From Candidatus Eiseniibacteriota bacterium (lineage in GTDB: Bacteria; Joyebacterota; Joyebacteria; Joyebacterales; Joyebacteraceae), in contig JAUVLG010000005.1 of NCBI GenBank assembly GCA_030595835.1, positions 1 to 57,336 of the forward strand: a stretch of 57,336 nt of DNA. Reading direction: 5' to 3'. Made by a program: the position numbers and the translations under genes. Position 1 is the stretch's first letter, and each line of letters begins with the position of its first letter. Positions 44,659-54,594 of this stretch are shown in pieces. Under the pieces are notes generated by a model. That model searched no databases and had not been told where the DNA came from. It saw nothing but the letters and a program-made list of their open reading frames with translations.

Positions 44659-46626
44659 CTATCTCCTTGTCACGGAGTACCGCTTCTCAACCCTGAACGG
44701 CTGGAACGCGCTCCCGCCGCCGGTGAAGAACTTCGAGAAGAACTCCAGATACTGAAGCCGCGCCGAGTGGACGAAGGCCCCGAGGCAGTTGACGGCCAAG
44801 TTGAACAAGTGGCCTCCGATGAGCACGAGGACGACCGCGATCGGCCCCACGATGGGGATGTCGCCCGCCATCTGCGCAACGCCGTTGATGGCCATGCCGA
44901 TCGCGCCGGTCGCAAGACCCAGCGCCAGGAGCCGCGCGTACGACAGCACGTCGCCGAAGTAGCCAACGACATCGTAGAGCTTGAGCACGCCGCCCAGGAT
45001 CTTCATGACCGGGTTCGGGTTCTTGCGTGCGCCGGTGAGAACCACGATAGCGGCTGTCACCATTGAACCTTTCCCGGCGATCGCCGTCACGCCCGCCGGC
45101 ACGCTGCCTCCCAGAATGAAACTGTATCCGAGCGGAACAAGGAAGGCCAAGAAGAACACCCAGAGCAACTGGTCGAGAATGCCGTCCAGCCAGCGTCCTT
45201 CTCTGATATTGGCGACCATCTTTATGAGGAGTCCCGTCACGATCTGGATAATGCCCAGAATGAAGACCACATTGAGCATCTTCATCGGCTCCTGGAGCGG
45301 GTTCATGACGATGACGCTCCGCAGCCAACCGGGCATGATGGACGGATCGATACCGAACCAACCGCCCGTGACGGCGCCCACCACCGCCGTCGAGATGCCA
45401 CCCATCGTGAGGAGCTTCATCAACTGGCGTCCGCCGCCAGGCTGCATCTTCGTCATCAGGAAGAACGACACCGCTGCCAGAGTGATGCCGTAGCCCCCGT
45501 CGCTGACGCACAGCCCGAAGAAGACGATGAAGAACGGGGCAAGGAGCGGCGTGGGGTCTCGTTCCGAGTACGCCGGTCTGCCGTACAGCGTAGTGACGAA
45601 CTCGAAGGGGTTGATCGCGCTCGGATTATGAAGGTCGACGGGAACATTCTCACCCTTCTCCGGGTCGCGGCTCGAGACCTCAACCTCAGGGGCTATCTCG
45701 GCGATACTGGCGCGGACGGCCTCCTCGTCCCTCCCCCGAACCCAACCCTCCACAAGAAACGTCTCGCGCGTCGCGCCGAATCTCTCCTCCGCGATCTTCT
45801 TCGCCAGCGTCTCCGCGCCCTCGTCGAGAACAATGAGGACCGTGCGGTGTTCGCGCGCCAGCTCGGTGGCCTGTTCCTTCAGCTCTTTGATCCTGGCACG
45901 CAGTCCCTCCGCTTCCTCCAGCAAGGCCGCGGCCGCCACCTCCGGGGTCCCGGTGGCACCGGCCAGGTTCGCCCTTCTGGCGTTGTGTCGCTTCAGGATC
46001 GGCGCGACGGAGGATTCCGCGCTCTTGAGAGAGAACACCGCGAGATACGTGGACGACCCGGCCTTCGATACTTCGACCAGGTCCGACTCGGTCGTCGCCA
46101 GGGCAAGTTCCGAGGTGAGGTCCGCGACGCTCGACGACTCGACCGTCACGAGCGCAATGCTGACAAGTCGAGTGTCCGTGAGTTTCTCGACGCCGGCCTC
46201 TATGCCCGCCCAGTGCGTCAGTTCCGCCGCCAGCGACTGCTTGCGACCTATCTCCGCCTCGGCGCCGCGCATGGCGCCCTCGAGCTCGATGATCTGCTCG
46301 TACCAGCCGTCGAGGTCGAAGCCCTCGAGGATGGCCGCCAGCTCAGCAGGCTCGACCACGACACGTGGGTTGAACATCGTGTCGAGTGTCTTCTTCTCTT
46401 TGGGAATGTAGGGCTTGAGGAAGTTCCTGAGGTGCTCAAGCTTGCCCAGTCGCGCCTGCAGGTCGCGCTCGCTCTCACGACGCGCCTCTTCGTCCGGACC
46501 TTGCTCGAACTCGATGGATGGCTCCGTGATGTGGAGCGCGCCTCCCTCTCGGAGGGTGGAGACCATCTCGTCCTTTGCGCCCTTGTGGGCCAGGATCTGG
46601 ATCTTCCTCATCGGGCTGACAGCCAT
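44659..46626 (-). CDS. ntpI: V/A-type ATPase subunit I (a)
   Basis: MAVSPM.K, VEGWV, P..L.N...PFE..T.LYG.P.Y.E.DPT, FFG..SDGGYG, GDVLSYARLLALGLA, H.FN, H..RLQYLEFFSKF. Confidence 0.95.
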   Translation of the reverse strand: MAVSPMRKIQILAHKGAKDEMVSTLREGGALHITEPSIEFEQGPDEEARRESERDLQARLGKLEHLRNFLKPYIPKEKKTLDTMFNPRVVVEPAELAAILEGFDLDGWYEQIIELEGAMRGAEAEIGRKQSLAAELTHWAGIEAGVEKLTDTRLVSIALVTVESSSVADLTSELALATTESDLVEVSKAGSSTYLAVFSLKSAESSVAPILKRHNARRANLAGATGTPEVAAAALLEEAEGLRARIKELKEQATELAREHRTVLIVLDEGAETLAKKIAEERFGATRETFLVEGWVRGRDEEAVRASIAEIAPEVEVSSRDPEKGENVPVDLHNPSAINPFEFVTTLYGRPAYSERDPTPLLAPFFIVFFGLCVSDGGYGITLAAVSFFLMTKMQPGGGRQLMKLLTMGGISTAVVGAVTGGWFGIDPSIMPGWLRSVIVMNPLQEPMKMLNVVFILGIIQIVTGLLIKMVANIREGRWLDGILDQLLWVFFLAFLVPLGYSFILGGSVPAGVTAIAGKGSMVTAAIVVLTGARKNPNPVMKILGGVLKLYDVVGYFGDVLSYARLLALGLATGAIGMAINGVAQMAGDIPIVGPIAVVLVLIGGHLFNLAVNCLGAFVHSARLQYLEFFSKFFTGGGSAFQPFRVEKRYSVTRR

Positions 46627-46632
46627 CCGATG

Positions 46633-46965
46633 CTACCCCCGGGTTGCGTCTGCTGCAGCCGTGATGAGTTCGAGTACCCTCTTGATGCCGTCCTCTACGC
46701 GCCGCTCTGCGCTCGCGCGCACGCTTTCAACGCTCGATCTGCTCTCCGTGATGAGCTTCTCCGCGTCACCCTCGGCTTCCTTCGCGGCCGCAGCCCGCAG
46801 CACCTTCTCCTCCTGCCATGCCGCCTTCCGCGTCTCATCGAGGGAACGCTCCGCGGCGGCGTGCCCCTCAGCGATCAACGCCTTCCCTTGCGCCCGCGCC
46901 TCTCGCTCGAGTTCCTCGGCATCCCGCTCGGCGCTTCTGATCCGTTCAATGGCTTCTGCTACCAC
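46633..46965 (-). CDS. V/A-type ATPase peripheral stalk subunit G/H
   Basis: GTG at 46965 after GGAGG; A/E/R-rich coiled coil EAIERIRSAERDA..; first gene of the operon. Confidence 0.78.
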   Translation of the reverse strand: MVAEAIERIRSAERDAEELEREARAQGKALIAEGHAAAERSLDETRKAAWQEEKVLRAAAAKEAEGDAEKLITESRSSVESVRASAERRVEDGIKRVLELITAAADATRG

Positions 46966-47156
46966 CGCGCCCTCCACCGGCCCGTGGTGCCGGGCCCCAC
47001 CTGCGGGACGACCGTCTCGGCCAGGACTACTGCACTGCTTCTCCACCGGAGACGCTACGCCTATCCGCCGCCACTTCTCTGCTCGACGACCAACTCCAAC
47101 TTCGCGTCGCGTGCGCACTTGGCCGACTCACCACGCAAACGACAGGCTCGAAATCC

Positions 47157-47255
47157 GGTGGATAACCCGATTTCGGCGTGGCCGCCTCAAATGTCTAACT
47201 TGTTATAGTATCAGGAGTTGTGCTCTACAGGAGTCACTATGCACAGTTGTCCACA
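47157..47255. promoter_or_regulatory. Cluster of three DnaA-box-like 9-mers upstream of the V-ATPase operon
   Basis: GGTGGATAA (47157-65, reverse complement TTATCCACC), CTATGCACA (47237-45), TTGTCCACA (47247-55); each one mismatch from TTATNCACA, in a locally AT-richer spacer. Confidence 0.55.
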
Positions 47256-47318
47256 AAGCACCCCGCGCCCGGGGCTCCCAGGCACGTGCAGTTCGCGATG
47301 CCGCCCTCCGTCCCCAGC

Positions 47319-47759
47319 CTACAGGTCGGCGTCCTCGTACTCCTCTTCCTCCACGGCCACGTCGTCCAGAGCCGGCTCAGACTCGCCTCGCCTCAGCACG
47401 GGCGGGTCGATCACGTCTCCCATCTGACAGTTGCCCTGGAACACCACGCCGTCCTCGATTACGAGTCCGCGCGTCTTGATGTCGCCCAGAAGCTGAGAGC
47501 CGCGCTGCAGTTCGATCTTCCCGGACGCGAACACGTTGCCGTACATCCTGCCACCGATCACGGCGTTGGCGACCGTTGCGTCGCCATCGATCTTCCCGTT
47601 CTCACCAATGACCAGCGTGTCGGCCGCGTCAATCGTCCCCTCGAACGCACCGTCAACCTGGATGCTGCCTTCGACCTTCAGGTCGCCTTTGAGGACCGTT
47701 CCCTCACCGATAATCGTGTTCACGTCGATCGCAGTCCTTTCCTCGTCCCTAGCGAACAT
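47319..47759 (-). CDS. Bactofilin (polymer-forming cytoskeletal protein)
   Basis: TIIGEGTVLKGDL...GSIQVDG.FEG.I...L.IGENG.I.G, GNV.A...I.L.....L.GDI....L.IEDG..FQG.C.M. Confidence 0.92.
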   Translation of the reverse strand: MFARDEERTAIDVNTIIGEGTVLKGDLKVEGSIQVDGAFEGTIDAADTLVIGENGKIDGDATVANAVIGGRMYGNVFASGKIELQRGSQLLGDIKTRGLVIEDGVVFQGNCQMGDVIDPPVLRRGESEPALDDVAVEEEEYEDADL

Positions 47760-47839
47760 CCGTTCCCCCTTGATACCCCACCTACGGCTGCTTCCCACCG
47801 CACCCGCGAGCATCAGATTCGTTTGCAATCGAACGCCGC

Positions 47840-47868
47840 AAGTTAGCAGACGACCCCGGGTGAGTCAA
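47840..47868 (-). promoter_or_regulatory. Putative sigma-70 promoter for bactofilin
   Basis: Minus strand TTGACT-17 nt-TAACTT with extended -10 TG. Confidence 0.5.
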
Positions 47869-47909
47869 CACATAACACCCGCCCGACGCGCGGCCGGAAC
47901 ATACTGACA

Positions 47910-48761
47910 CTAGCCCAGCGTCCCCAGCGCTTCGAGGATCCTCTCAAGGTCCTCATCCGAGTAATACTCTATCCTGATCGTCCCCTCGGCCCCGATCTGC
48001 TCTATCCGGACCTGCGTACCCAGCGTTCTCTGCAGCCGCTCCTCCCACTCGCGAAGGACCGGGTCCTCTGTGCGGCGCTTCCGGGTCACTTTCTTGCGCT
48101 GCCTCTTGCCGCGCCCCAGCGCCTCCAGTTCCCGCACGGACAGTCCCCTCGCTGCAGCCTTCCGCGCCCCCGCCAACACGTCCTCCGCCGTTCCGAAGCC
48201 GAGAAGCGCGCGCCCGTGCCCCGCCGAGAGCTCCCCCTCCGACAGCATGCTCTGCACGTCCTGGGGCAACTCCAACAACCGCAGCGCGTTCGCTACCGTG
48301 CTTCTACCTCGCCCTACGCGCTCCGCCACGTCGGCCTGCGTCCCGCCCGACAGCTCCATCAGCGACTGGTACCCCCGCGCCTCATCGATCGGATTGAGAT
48401 CCTCCCGCTGGAGGTTCTCGACCATGGCCAGCTCAAGCGCCCCGGTCTCACCCACGTCTCGGACGATCGTCGGAATGACCTCGAGTCCGGCCAGGCGCGC
48501 CGCGCGCAACCGTCGCTCCCCCGCGACCAGCTGATAGACGCCCGTCGGGAGCTGCCGAACGATCACTGGCTGCACGACGCCGTACCTGCGTATCGACCCC
48601 GCGAGTTCTTCGATCGTGTCCTCATCGAACCGCGATCGCGGCTGTTCCTCGTTCCGCCTGATCTCGCCGATGGGCAGCTCGCGCACCAGCCCGCCCGCTG
48701 CCTCGCTGGGGGCCTCTGGTATCAGAGCCTCGAGTCCCTTGCCGAGAGCCTTCCGGTTCAT
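47910..48761 (-). CDS. parB: Chromosome partitioning protein ParB (Spo0J)
   Basis: MNRKALGKGLEALI, QPR..F, VAGERRLRA (CTP box), VENLQREDLNPIDEA, HTH RSTVANALRLL, GHGRALL. Confidence 0.96.
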   Translation of the reverse strand: MNRKALGKGLEALIPEAPSEAAGGLVRELPIGEIRRNEEQPRSRFDEDTIEELAGSIRRYGVVQPVIVRQLPTGVYQLVAGERRLRAARLAGLEVIPTIVRDVGETGALELAMVENLQREDLNPIDEARGYQSLMELSGGTQADVAERVGRGRSTVANALRLLELPQDVQSMLSEGELSAGHGRALLGFGTAEDVLAGARKAAARGLSVRELEALGRGKRQRKKVTRKRRTEDPVLREWEERLQRTLGTQVRIEQIGAEGTIRIEYYSDEDLERILEALGTLG

Positions 48762-48801
48762 CTCAGTCTCCCTCCTGATCTCCACTGCGGCCCGTCGCGT
48801 C

Positions 48802-49608
48802 TCACTGCCGTCCCTCGGCCGCGGTCTCCACTGGCTCTGCGGTCGCTCTGTCAAACATCAGCTCCTTCGCCAGCTGAATGTAGCTCTCGGAGCCCGCTGA
48901 GAGTATGTCGTAAAGGATAATCGGTTGACCAAAACTCGGCGCTTCTCCCAGCCTTACGTTTCTGGGGATCATCGCTTGGTAAACCCTATCGCCGAAGTAG
49001 CGCCGCGCCTCGTCCGCTACCTGCCGCGCCAGGTTCAGGCGCCCGTCGTACATTGTCAGGAGAATACCCTCGATCCTGAGTGACGAGTTGAGGTTCCGTT
49101 GAACCAGGCGGATGCTGTTGAGGAGCTGGCCGAGGCCCTCGAGCGCGTAGTACTCGCACTGGATGGGGACGATCACGCTGTCGGCCGCGGTCAGCGTGTT
49201 GACCGTGAGCAGGCCGAGCGACGGGGGACAATCGATGAAGATGTAGTGGTAATCGTTGCGGATGGATTCGAGAGCCCGCTTGAGGCGTGTCTCGCGCGCC
49301 ATGACATTGACGAGCTCGATCTCAGCGCCTATGAGGCGCTGATGCGACGGAAGAACATGCAGAAAGGGGAGGTTGGGAGCCGGCAGAATAGCCTCGCTGA
49401 TGTCCTCTTCTCCGATGAGGACCTCGTAGATGCTGCTATGCACGTCGTCCTTCGAGATGCCCAAGCCGCTCGTTGCGTTGGCCTGAGGGTCGATATCAAT
49501 CAGCAGCGTGGGGCGCTCTGCCACAGCTGTACATGCTGAGAGATTGACAGCCGTGGTGGTCTTCCCGACGCCGCCTTTCTGGTTCGCAATGGCTATGATC
49601 CGACCCAT
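48802..49608 (-). CDS. parA: Chromosome partitioning ATPase ParA (Soj)
   Basis: IANQKGGVGKTTT, DIDPQANAT, IDCPPSLGLLT, PIQCEYYALEG, IPRNVRLGEAPSFG. Confidence 0.97.
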   Translation of the reverse strand: MGRIIAIANQKGGVGKTTTAVNLSACTAVAERPTLLIDIDPQANATSGLGISKDDVHSSIYEVLIGEEDISEAILPAPNLPFLHVLPSHQRLIGAEIELVNVMARETRLKRALESIRNDYHYIFIDCPPSLGLLTVNTLTAADSVIVPIQCEYYALEGLGQLLNSIRLVQRNLNSSLRIEGILLTMYDGRLNLARQVADEARRYFGDRVYQAMIPRNVRLGEAPSFGQPIILYDILSAGSESYIQLAKELMFDRATAEPVETAAEGRQ

Positions 49609-49620
49609 GAGTACCCCGTA

Positions 49621-49629
49621 TGTGGATAA
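49621..49629 (-). promoter_or_regulatory. DnaA box (perfect)
   Basis: TGTGGATAA, reverse complement of TTATCCACA, 12 nt upstream of the parA ATG. Confidence 0.75.
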
Positions 49630-49679
49630 GGTTCGTCCGTCAACGAGCTGTCGACCAAGGATATTGGGAAGATCTTAGA

Positions 49680-49707
49680 AGAATACAACCAACGGGATTC
49701 ATGTCAA
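49680..49707 (-). promoter_or_regulatory. sigma-70 promoter for parAB
   Basis: Minus strand TTGACA-16 nt-TATTCT. Confidence 0.55.
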
Positions 49708-49731
49708 GCGGAAACTTGGGAGTAGTGTGAG

Positions 49732-49740
49732 TTATCCACA
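49732..49740 (+). promoter_or_regulatory. DnaA box (perfect)
   Basis: TTATCCACA. Confidence 0.75.
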
Positions 49741-49776
49741 GCTTTTTCTTGGGGGTCAGCGGAGGGCTGTCTGGTG

Positions 49777-49792
49777 TGTTTCACGTGAAACA
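49777..49792. promoter_or_regulatory. parS: parS centromere site (perfect palindrome)
   Basis: TGTTTCACGTGAAACA, the canonical 16-bp parS, upstream of parAB. Confidence 0.93.
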
Positions 49793-49809
49793 TCAGAGGT
49801 AGGGCAGCG

Positions 49810-50466
49810 CTATTCGTCCGCCAGATGTTTCACGTGAAACTCGACGAACGTCGTCGCCCGATCGAGCCCTGGCAGCGCCACTGCCTCAGTGCGTATGATC
49901 TCAGCTCTCTCCTGGGCCGCGATCCCCCGCGCCTGCTCTACCTCATCTGCCCAGCGCGGTCCCTTGAAAAGCACGAGCTTGCCCCCTGGAGCAACGAGTC
50001 TCAGGCAAGGTACAAGAACCGCCTTTGTACTCCCCAGCGCTCTGGCCGTCGCCATCTCAAACTGCATACTGCCGTCCAGTTCCTCCAGTCGCCCGTGCAC
50101 GACTGTCACGTTCTCCAAGCCGAGCCGCTTCTTCATATCCTTAAGGAAGACGACCTTGCTCCTCCGGGAATCCACGAGCGTGACGCTTGCCTGTGGCCTC
50201 ATGATTGCCACGACAATACCCGGAAGACCCGCACCGCTGCCGAGGTCTCCAAAACTCCCCTGCCCAGGATCCGCAAACGAGAGCAGCGCCGCCGAGTCCA
50301 CGAAATGCTCGTCCAGCTTGCCCAGCGATCGCCTTGAAACCAGGTTCATGTCCCTTGACGCCCTGAGGATGCCCTGCCCGTAACCCGTGAGCAGTTCTGC
50401 CTGCTCGTCGGACAGCTGGCCCCCCACGCTCTCGATTGCCGCGCGTGGAAGGGAGAAGTCCACCAT
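49810..50466 (-). CDS. rsmG: 16S rRNA m7G527 methyltransferase RsmG (GidB)
   Basis: MNLVS, HFVDS, DLGSGAGLPG, LVDS...K..FL, R.EE, TARAL, LFKG. Confidence 0.93.
   Translation of the reverse strand: MVDFSLPRAAIESVGGQLSDEQAELLTGYGQGILRASRDMNLVSRRSLGKLDEHFVDSAALLSFADPGQGSFGDLGSGAGLPGIVVAIMRPQASVTLVDSRRSKVVFLKDMKKRLGLENVTVVHGRLEELDGSMQFEMATARALGSTKAVLVPCLRLVAPGGKLVLFKGPRWADEVEQARGIAAQERAEIIRTEAVALPGLDRATTFVEFHVKHLADE
49826..49841. promoter_or_regulatory. parS: Second parS site (15/16), inside the rsmG 3' end
   Basis: TGTTTCACGTGAAACT; encodes FHVKH in RsmG. Confidence 0.88.
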
Positions 50467-50536
50467 TTATCCACTCCTGCTCTCAATTGAGAATGCGCAT
50501 GATCACTACGCGTGCTACAGCCACCCTCGCCACCGC

Positions 50537-52417
50537 CTACTGCTCCACCATCCGCGACTTCAGATGAATGAGCAGCACGGCGACATCCGCCGCCCTGACC
50601 CCTGGAATCCTCCCGGCCTGCCCGATCGTCCGCGGCTTGATGTCGTTCAGCTTCTGCCCCGCCTCGGTGGACAGCCCGTGGACAACAGCGTAGTCCATAT
50701 CGTCCGGCAGCCGCGAGTTCTCGTGGCGGCTCAGCTGCTCTATCCGTCCCTGCTCACGCGCGATGTAGCCGCGGTACTTGATCTCGATCTCAACGTGCTG
50801 CGCCACGTCTGACGGAAGCACCACACCCGGTGGGCACAGCTCGAGGATATCTTTGTAGCCGATCTCCGTGCGTGCAAGAAACCGCTCGGCTACCATGGCC
50901 TCGCTGAGCAAACTGGCCCCGCGCGCCGCCAGTAGTCCGTTCGCGCGTGAGGGGCTGACAGTGATCCCCCGCAGCCTCACCCTCTCATCCCTCGCCAGTT
51001 GCTGCCGCCGCTCCACCCGCGCAAGTGCGGCATCAGAAGCCAGCCCCAGCTCATGGCCCAGCGACGTGAGCCGCATGTCGGCGTTGTCGTGCCTGAGCAC
51101 AAGGCGGTGCTCGGCACGGCTTGTGAACATCCGATAGGGCTCGTCAGCTCCCTTCGTCACCAGATCGTCGATCAGCACACCGATGTAGGCCTGGGACCGT
51201 CGCAGCACCACCGCCTCCTCTGAGGCAAGCTTGCGGTGCGCGTTGATCCCCGCAAGCAACCCCTGCGCCGCAGCCTCCTCATACCCGGAGGTCCCGTTGA
51301 TCTGGCCTGCCAGGAACAGCCCTGGGACGTGCTTCGCCTCCAGCGATGCATTCAGCTCTCTCGGATCGACGAAGTCGTACTCCACCGCGTAGCCGGGCCG
51401 CAACAGCCGCGCCCTCTCCAGTCCCCTCAGACTCCGTATCATCTCCTCCTGCACATCGTACGGCAGGCTCGTCGATAGACCGTTGAGGTAGATCACATCC
51501 CCTCTGCGCGTCTCTGGCTCCAAGATCACCCTGTGCGAGTCGCGCTCGGGGAATCGCACCACCTTGTCTTCTATTGAGGGACAGTAACGAGGTCCGATCC
51601 CGGTGATACGCCCGGTGAAGAGCGGCGACCGGTCCAGCGCTCGCTCGATCACCCTGTGCGTCGCTCCTGTTGTACCGGTGATGTAACAGGGAAGTTGGTC
51701 AACTCTCAACCCTTGCGTTGCAAACGAAAAGGGTACAGGGGGATCATCTCCGTGCTGCACCTCGAGCTCTCCCCACGTAACGCTCTCCGCGTCCACCCTT
51801 GCCGGCGTGCCCGTCTTGAGGCGCCCCAGGCCCAGGCCCAATCTCTTGAGGTTCTCTGACAGGCGGCGCGCCGCCGGCTCCCCCGACCGACCGCCTCTCC
51901 ACTCCCGCTCACCCACATGTAGAATGCCACACAGAAACGTGCCTGCTGTCAAGATAACAACGGATGTGTGTATTCTTCTCCCGTTTGCCAACCCTACGCC
52001 GTTGACACGTCCGTCCGCCATGAGCAGCTGCTCCACGCGGGCAGCAATCAGGGTCAGATTAGGCTCTCCCGTGAGTGCGGCAAGCATCCGGGCGCGGTAC
52101 GCGTCCTTGTCCGCCTGGGCCCTTGGGGATCTGACCGCCGGACCTCTACCGGTGTTCAGCATCCGGAACTGCAGCCCCGTGTCGTCGATCGCCTTGGCCA
52201 TCTCGCCGCCCAGCGCGTCGATCTCCCGGACCAGCTGGCCCTTGGCAAGGCCCCCGATAGCAGGATTGCAGGGCATTTCGGCCACGTGGCGACGCGAGAT
52301 CGTCACAACGGCCACGCGGCTCCCCAGCCGCGCGGCAGCCAAGGCCGCCTCGACGGCCGCATGGCCGGCGCCCACTACGACTATGTCGAAATCACGCTCA
52401 CTCATCACGGGACTCAC
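50537..52417 (-). CDS. mnmG: tRNA uridine-5-carboxymethylaminomethyl(34) synthesis enzyme MnmG (GidA)
   Basis: [72 protein letters not shown]. Confidence 0.97.
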   Translation of the reverse strand: MSPVMSERDFDIVVVGAGHAAVEAALAAARLGSRVAVVTISRRHVAEMPCNPAIGGLAKGQLVREIDALGGEMAKAIDDTGLQFRMLNTGRGPAVRSPRAQADKDAYRARMLAALTGEPNLTLIAARVEQLLMADGRVNGVGLANGRRIHTSVVILTAGTFLCGILHVGEREWRGGRSGEPAARRLSENLKRLGLGLGRLKTGTPARVDAESVTWGELEVQHGDDPPVPFSFATQGLRVDQLPCYITGTTGATHRVIERALDRSPLFTGRITGIGPRYCPSIEDKVVRFPERDSHRVILEPETRRGDVIYLNGLSTSLPYDVQEEMIRSLRGLERARLLRPGYAVEYDFVDPRELNASLEAKHVPGLFLAGQINGTSGYEEAAAQGLLAGINAHRKLASEEAVVLRRSQAYIGVLIDDLVTKGADEPYRMFTSRAEHRLVLRHDNADMRLTSLGHELGLASDAALARVERRQQLARDERVRLRGITVSPSRANGLLAARGASLLSEAMVAERFLARTEIGYKDILELCPPGVVLPSDVAQHVEIEIKYRGYIAREQGRIEQLSRHENSRLPDDMDYAVVHGLSTEAGQKLNDIKPRTIGQAGRIPGVRAADVAVLLIHLKSRMVEQ

Positions 52418-53817
52418 TTGCCAACGCAGAAACGCTCGAATATGTGTCGCAAGACCTCTTCAGGAGTGGTCTCCCCAGTTATCTCACCAAGCGCGGCTCC
52501 CGCGTCCACCAGCTCTGTTCCCACAAGCTCAAAGGGCGCGCCCTCCGCAAGGAGAGCGTCCACCCGGCACAGGTGTTCGTTGACACGGCGCAGCGCCTCG
52601 GTATGCCTGAGGTTCGACACAGCGGGGCGAGATGAGTGGACGGGGCCGAGCAATCCCTCGGCGAGCGCAGACCTCAGGTCTGTGAGCCCCGCGCCCGTGA
52701 GAGCCGACACCCACACCACTCGCGGGCCAGCGGCGCCATCGCCCCCGATCTCACACCTGAACAACCCCACGAGATCCGGCTCGCTCGCGCCACGACCGAG
52801 GTCGACCTTGTTTGCGACCACGATCGTCGTGCGCGCGTCAAGCGCGGCTGCGACCGCCGCGTCTTCGTCGTCCGGTGCCGCGGACGAATCCACGACCAGT
52901 ACGGACAGCGTCGCGCCCCGCGCCGCGGCTCTCGCTCTCTCCACCCCGGCGCGCTCCGCCTCGTCCTCGCTGGCCCTCCAGCCGGCCGTATCCATCAGCC
53001 GCATGGGGATGCCGTCGATGTGCAGGCTCTCCTCGATGGCGTCTCTCGTCGTCCCAGGTGAGGTCGTGACGATCGACCGGTCCCTCATCAAAAGAGCGTT
53101 CATCAGGCTTGATTTCCCGACGTTCGGCTTGCCGACGAGCGCGACGGACACGCCGTCCCGCACGGCAGCGCCGACCGCACAGTTCTCCAACAGGAGTTCC
53201 ACCTGGTCCCGCGCGGCCTGACACAGCGACGCGACGGCCTGCCGTGCGGACCGCACGTCCACGTCCTCAGGGAAATCTATCGCGGCTTCTGTCTCTGTCC
53301 TGAGCGACAGGAGGGTGTCGCGGAGTTCGGCGATCAGACCTGAGAGCCCACCCTCAAGCTGTCCGAGGGCCATCTCGAGGCCCCTCGGTGTCTCCGCCGC
53401 AACGATGTCGGCGACCGCCTCCGCCTGGACGAGATCCAGCCGTCCGCCCAGGTACGCTCGTTCGGTGAACTCACCACGTCGAGCCTGGCGCGCCCCGCCC
53501 TGTAGGCACACTGCCAGAACGCGCCGTGCGGGAACAGGACCCCCATGGCATCCGAATTCAACCATATGTTCAGTGGTATATGTGTGAGGGGCGTGCATGA
53601 CGGTCGCGAGAACCTCATCGACCTCACGACCGTCGACGTCGACGACGCGACCGTGATGCACGGTGTGAGTAGGACAGTCGGTCAGGGTCTGTCGCCCCTG
53701 GAAGATGCTGTCCGCGATCTGGATCGCCTGGTCACCGGACAGCCGCACCAGCGCGACCGCTCCGGGACCAAGTGCAGTGGAGATCGCCGCAATTGTGTCC
53801 CCGGGCAGGTGTCTCAT
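52414..53817 (-). CDS. mnmE: tRNA modification GTPase MnmE (TrmE)
   Basis: [61 protein letters not shown]. Confidence 0.97.
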   Translation of the reverse strand: MRHLPGDTIAAISTALGPGAVALVRLSGDQAIQIADSIFQGRQTLTDCPTHTVHHGRVVDVDGREVDEVLATVMHAPHTYTTEHMVEFGCHGGPVPARRVLAVCLQGGARQARRGEFTERAYLGGRLDLVQAEAVADIVAAETPRGLEMALGQLEGGLSGLIAELRDTLLSLRTETEAAIDFPEDVDVRSARQAVASLCQAARDQVELLLENCAVGAAVRDGVSVALVGKPNVGKSSLMNALLMRDRSIVTTSPGTTRDAIEESLHIDGIPMRLMDTAGWRASEDEAERAGVERARAAARGATLSVLVVDSSAAPDDEDAAVAAALDARTTIVVANKVDLGRGASEPDLVGLFRCEIGGDGAAGPRVVWVSALTGAGLTDLRSALAEGLLGPVHSSRPAVSNLRHTEALRRVNEHLCRVDALLAEGAPFELVGTELVDAGAALGEITGETTPEEVLRHIFERFCVGK

Positions 53818-53847
53818 CGCTTGGTTCCCGGCCGGCAGAAGCCTGCC

Positions 53848-54555
53848 TTATTGCTGGGGCTGGGTAGGCTGCTTCCGCCTCCGCCTCTGCCCGCCCCTGC
53901 TTCTACTCCTGCCCTTGCCCTGGCTGCCGCCCTTCGCGGGCGCAACGATGATGCTCTTGACGCGTCCCTGCCCCACACTCCGGGTCTCGACAGCGGGGTC
54001 TGACTTCAGAACCGCGTGGACGACGCTGCGATCGGCCGCATCCATCGGCTCGGTCGTGATCTGCTTCTTCGCGGCCTTGACCTGCTCGGCGAGTGACAGG
54101 GCCTTGTTCTTGAGGAAGTCCCCCCTGCGCCTCTTATACCCGCTGACGTCCAGAACGATCTTCGGGCTTTTCTTCGTGCCCCGCTGGAGCATGCGGTTCG
54201 CTACGTACTCCAGCGCACTCAATGTATGGCCGCCCTTGCCGATCAGTAGACCGTCGGACCCGGCCGTTTCTATGTCGATGACAAGCGTGTTCTTCTCTTC
54301 CGTAACATGAAGCTGGCAGCTGAGGCGCATCAGTTTGAGCATGTTGGCCACGAGCTCCTCGGCCCGCGCGCTCGAGCTTACGCGTCGTGACACGGCCACC
54401 CTGGCCGGGGCTCCTTTGAAGATCCCGAGGAATCCCTTCCGACCGTGGCTTATCACTTCGATGTCCGCTTCGTCACGCGCGATCCCGAACTTGGCCAGCG
54501 CGCGCCCTGTCGCCTCCGCTACGTCCTTGCCTGCTCCCTCGATGACTCGTGCCAT
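53848..54555 (-). CDS. jag: Jag/EloR/KhpB RNA-binding protein (Jag_N, KH, R3H)
   Basis: GRKGFLGIF, LLIGKGGHTLSALE, LDVSGYKRRR, R3H RSVVH, S.GQG; between yidC and mnmE. Confidence 0.9.
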   Translation of the reverse strand: MARVIEGAGKDVAEATGRALAKFGIARDEADIEVISHGRKGFLGIFKGAPARVAVSRRVSSSARAEELVANMLKLMRLSCQLHVTEEKNTLVIDIETAGSDGLLIGKGGHTLSALEYVANRMLQRGTKKSPKIVLDVSGYKRRRGDFLKNKALSLAEQVKAAKKQITTEPMDAADRSVVHAVLKSDPAVETRSVGQGRVKSIIVAPAKGGSQGKGRSRSRGGQRRRRKQPTQPQQ

Positions 54556-54594
54556 TCGATGTCCTCCCCGTGCTGCCCCGCGGGTAGATGCACC

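Noticed and set aside
46966-47118. N-terminal extensions in the ORF track (V-ATPase G, K and A, holB, moxR, ompA, parB, bactofilin, S4)
   Set aside because: Downstream starts have better Shine-Dalgarno sequences and match family N-termini or signal peptides.
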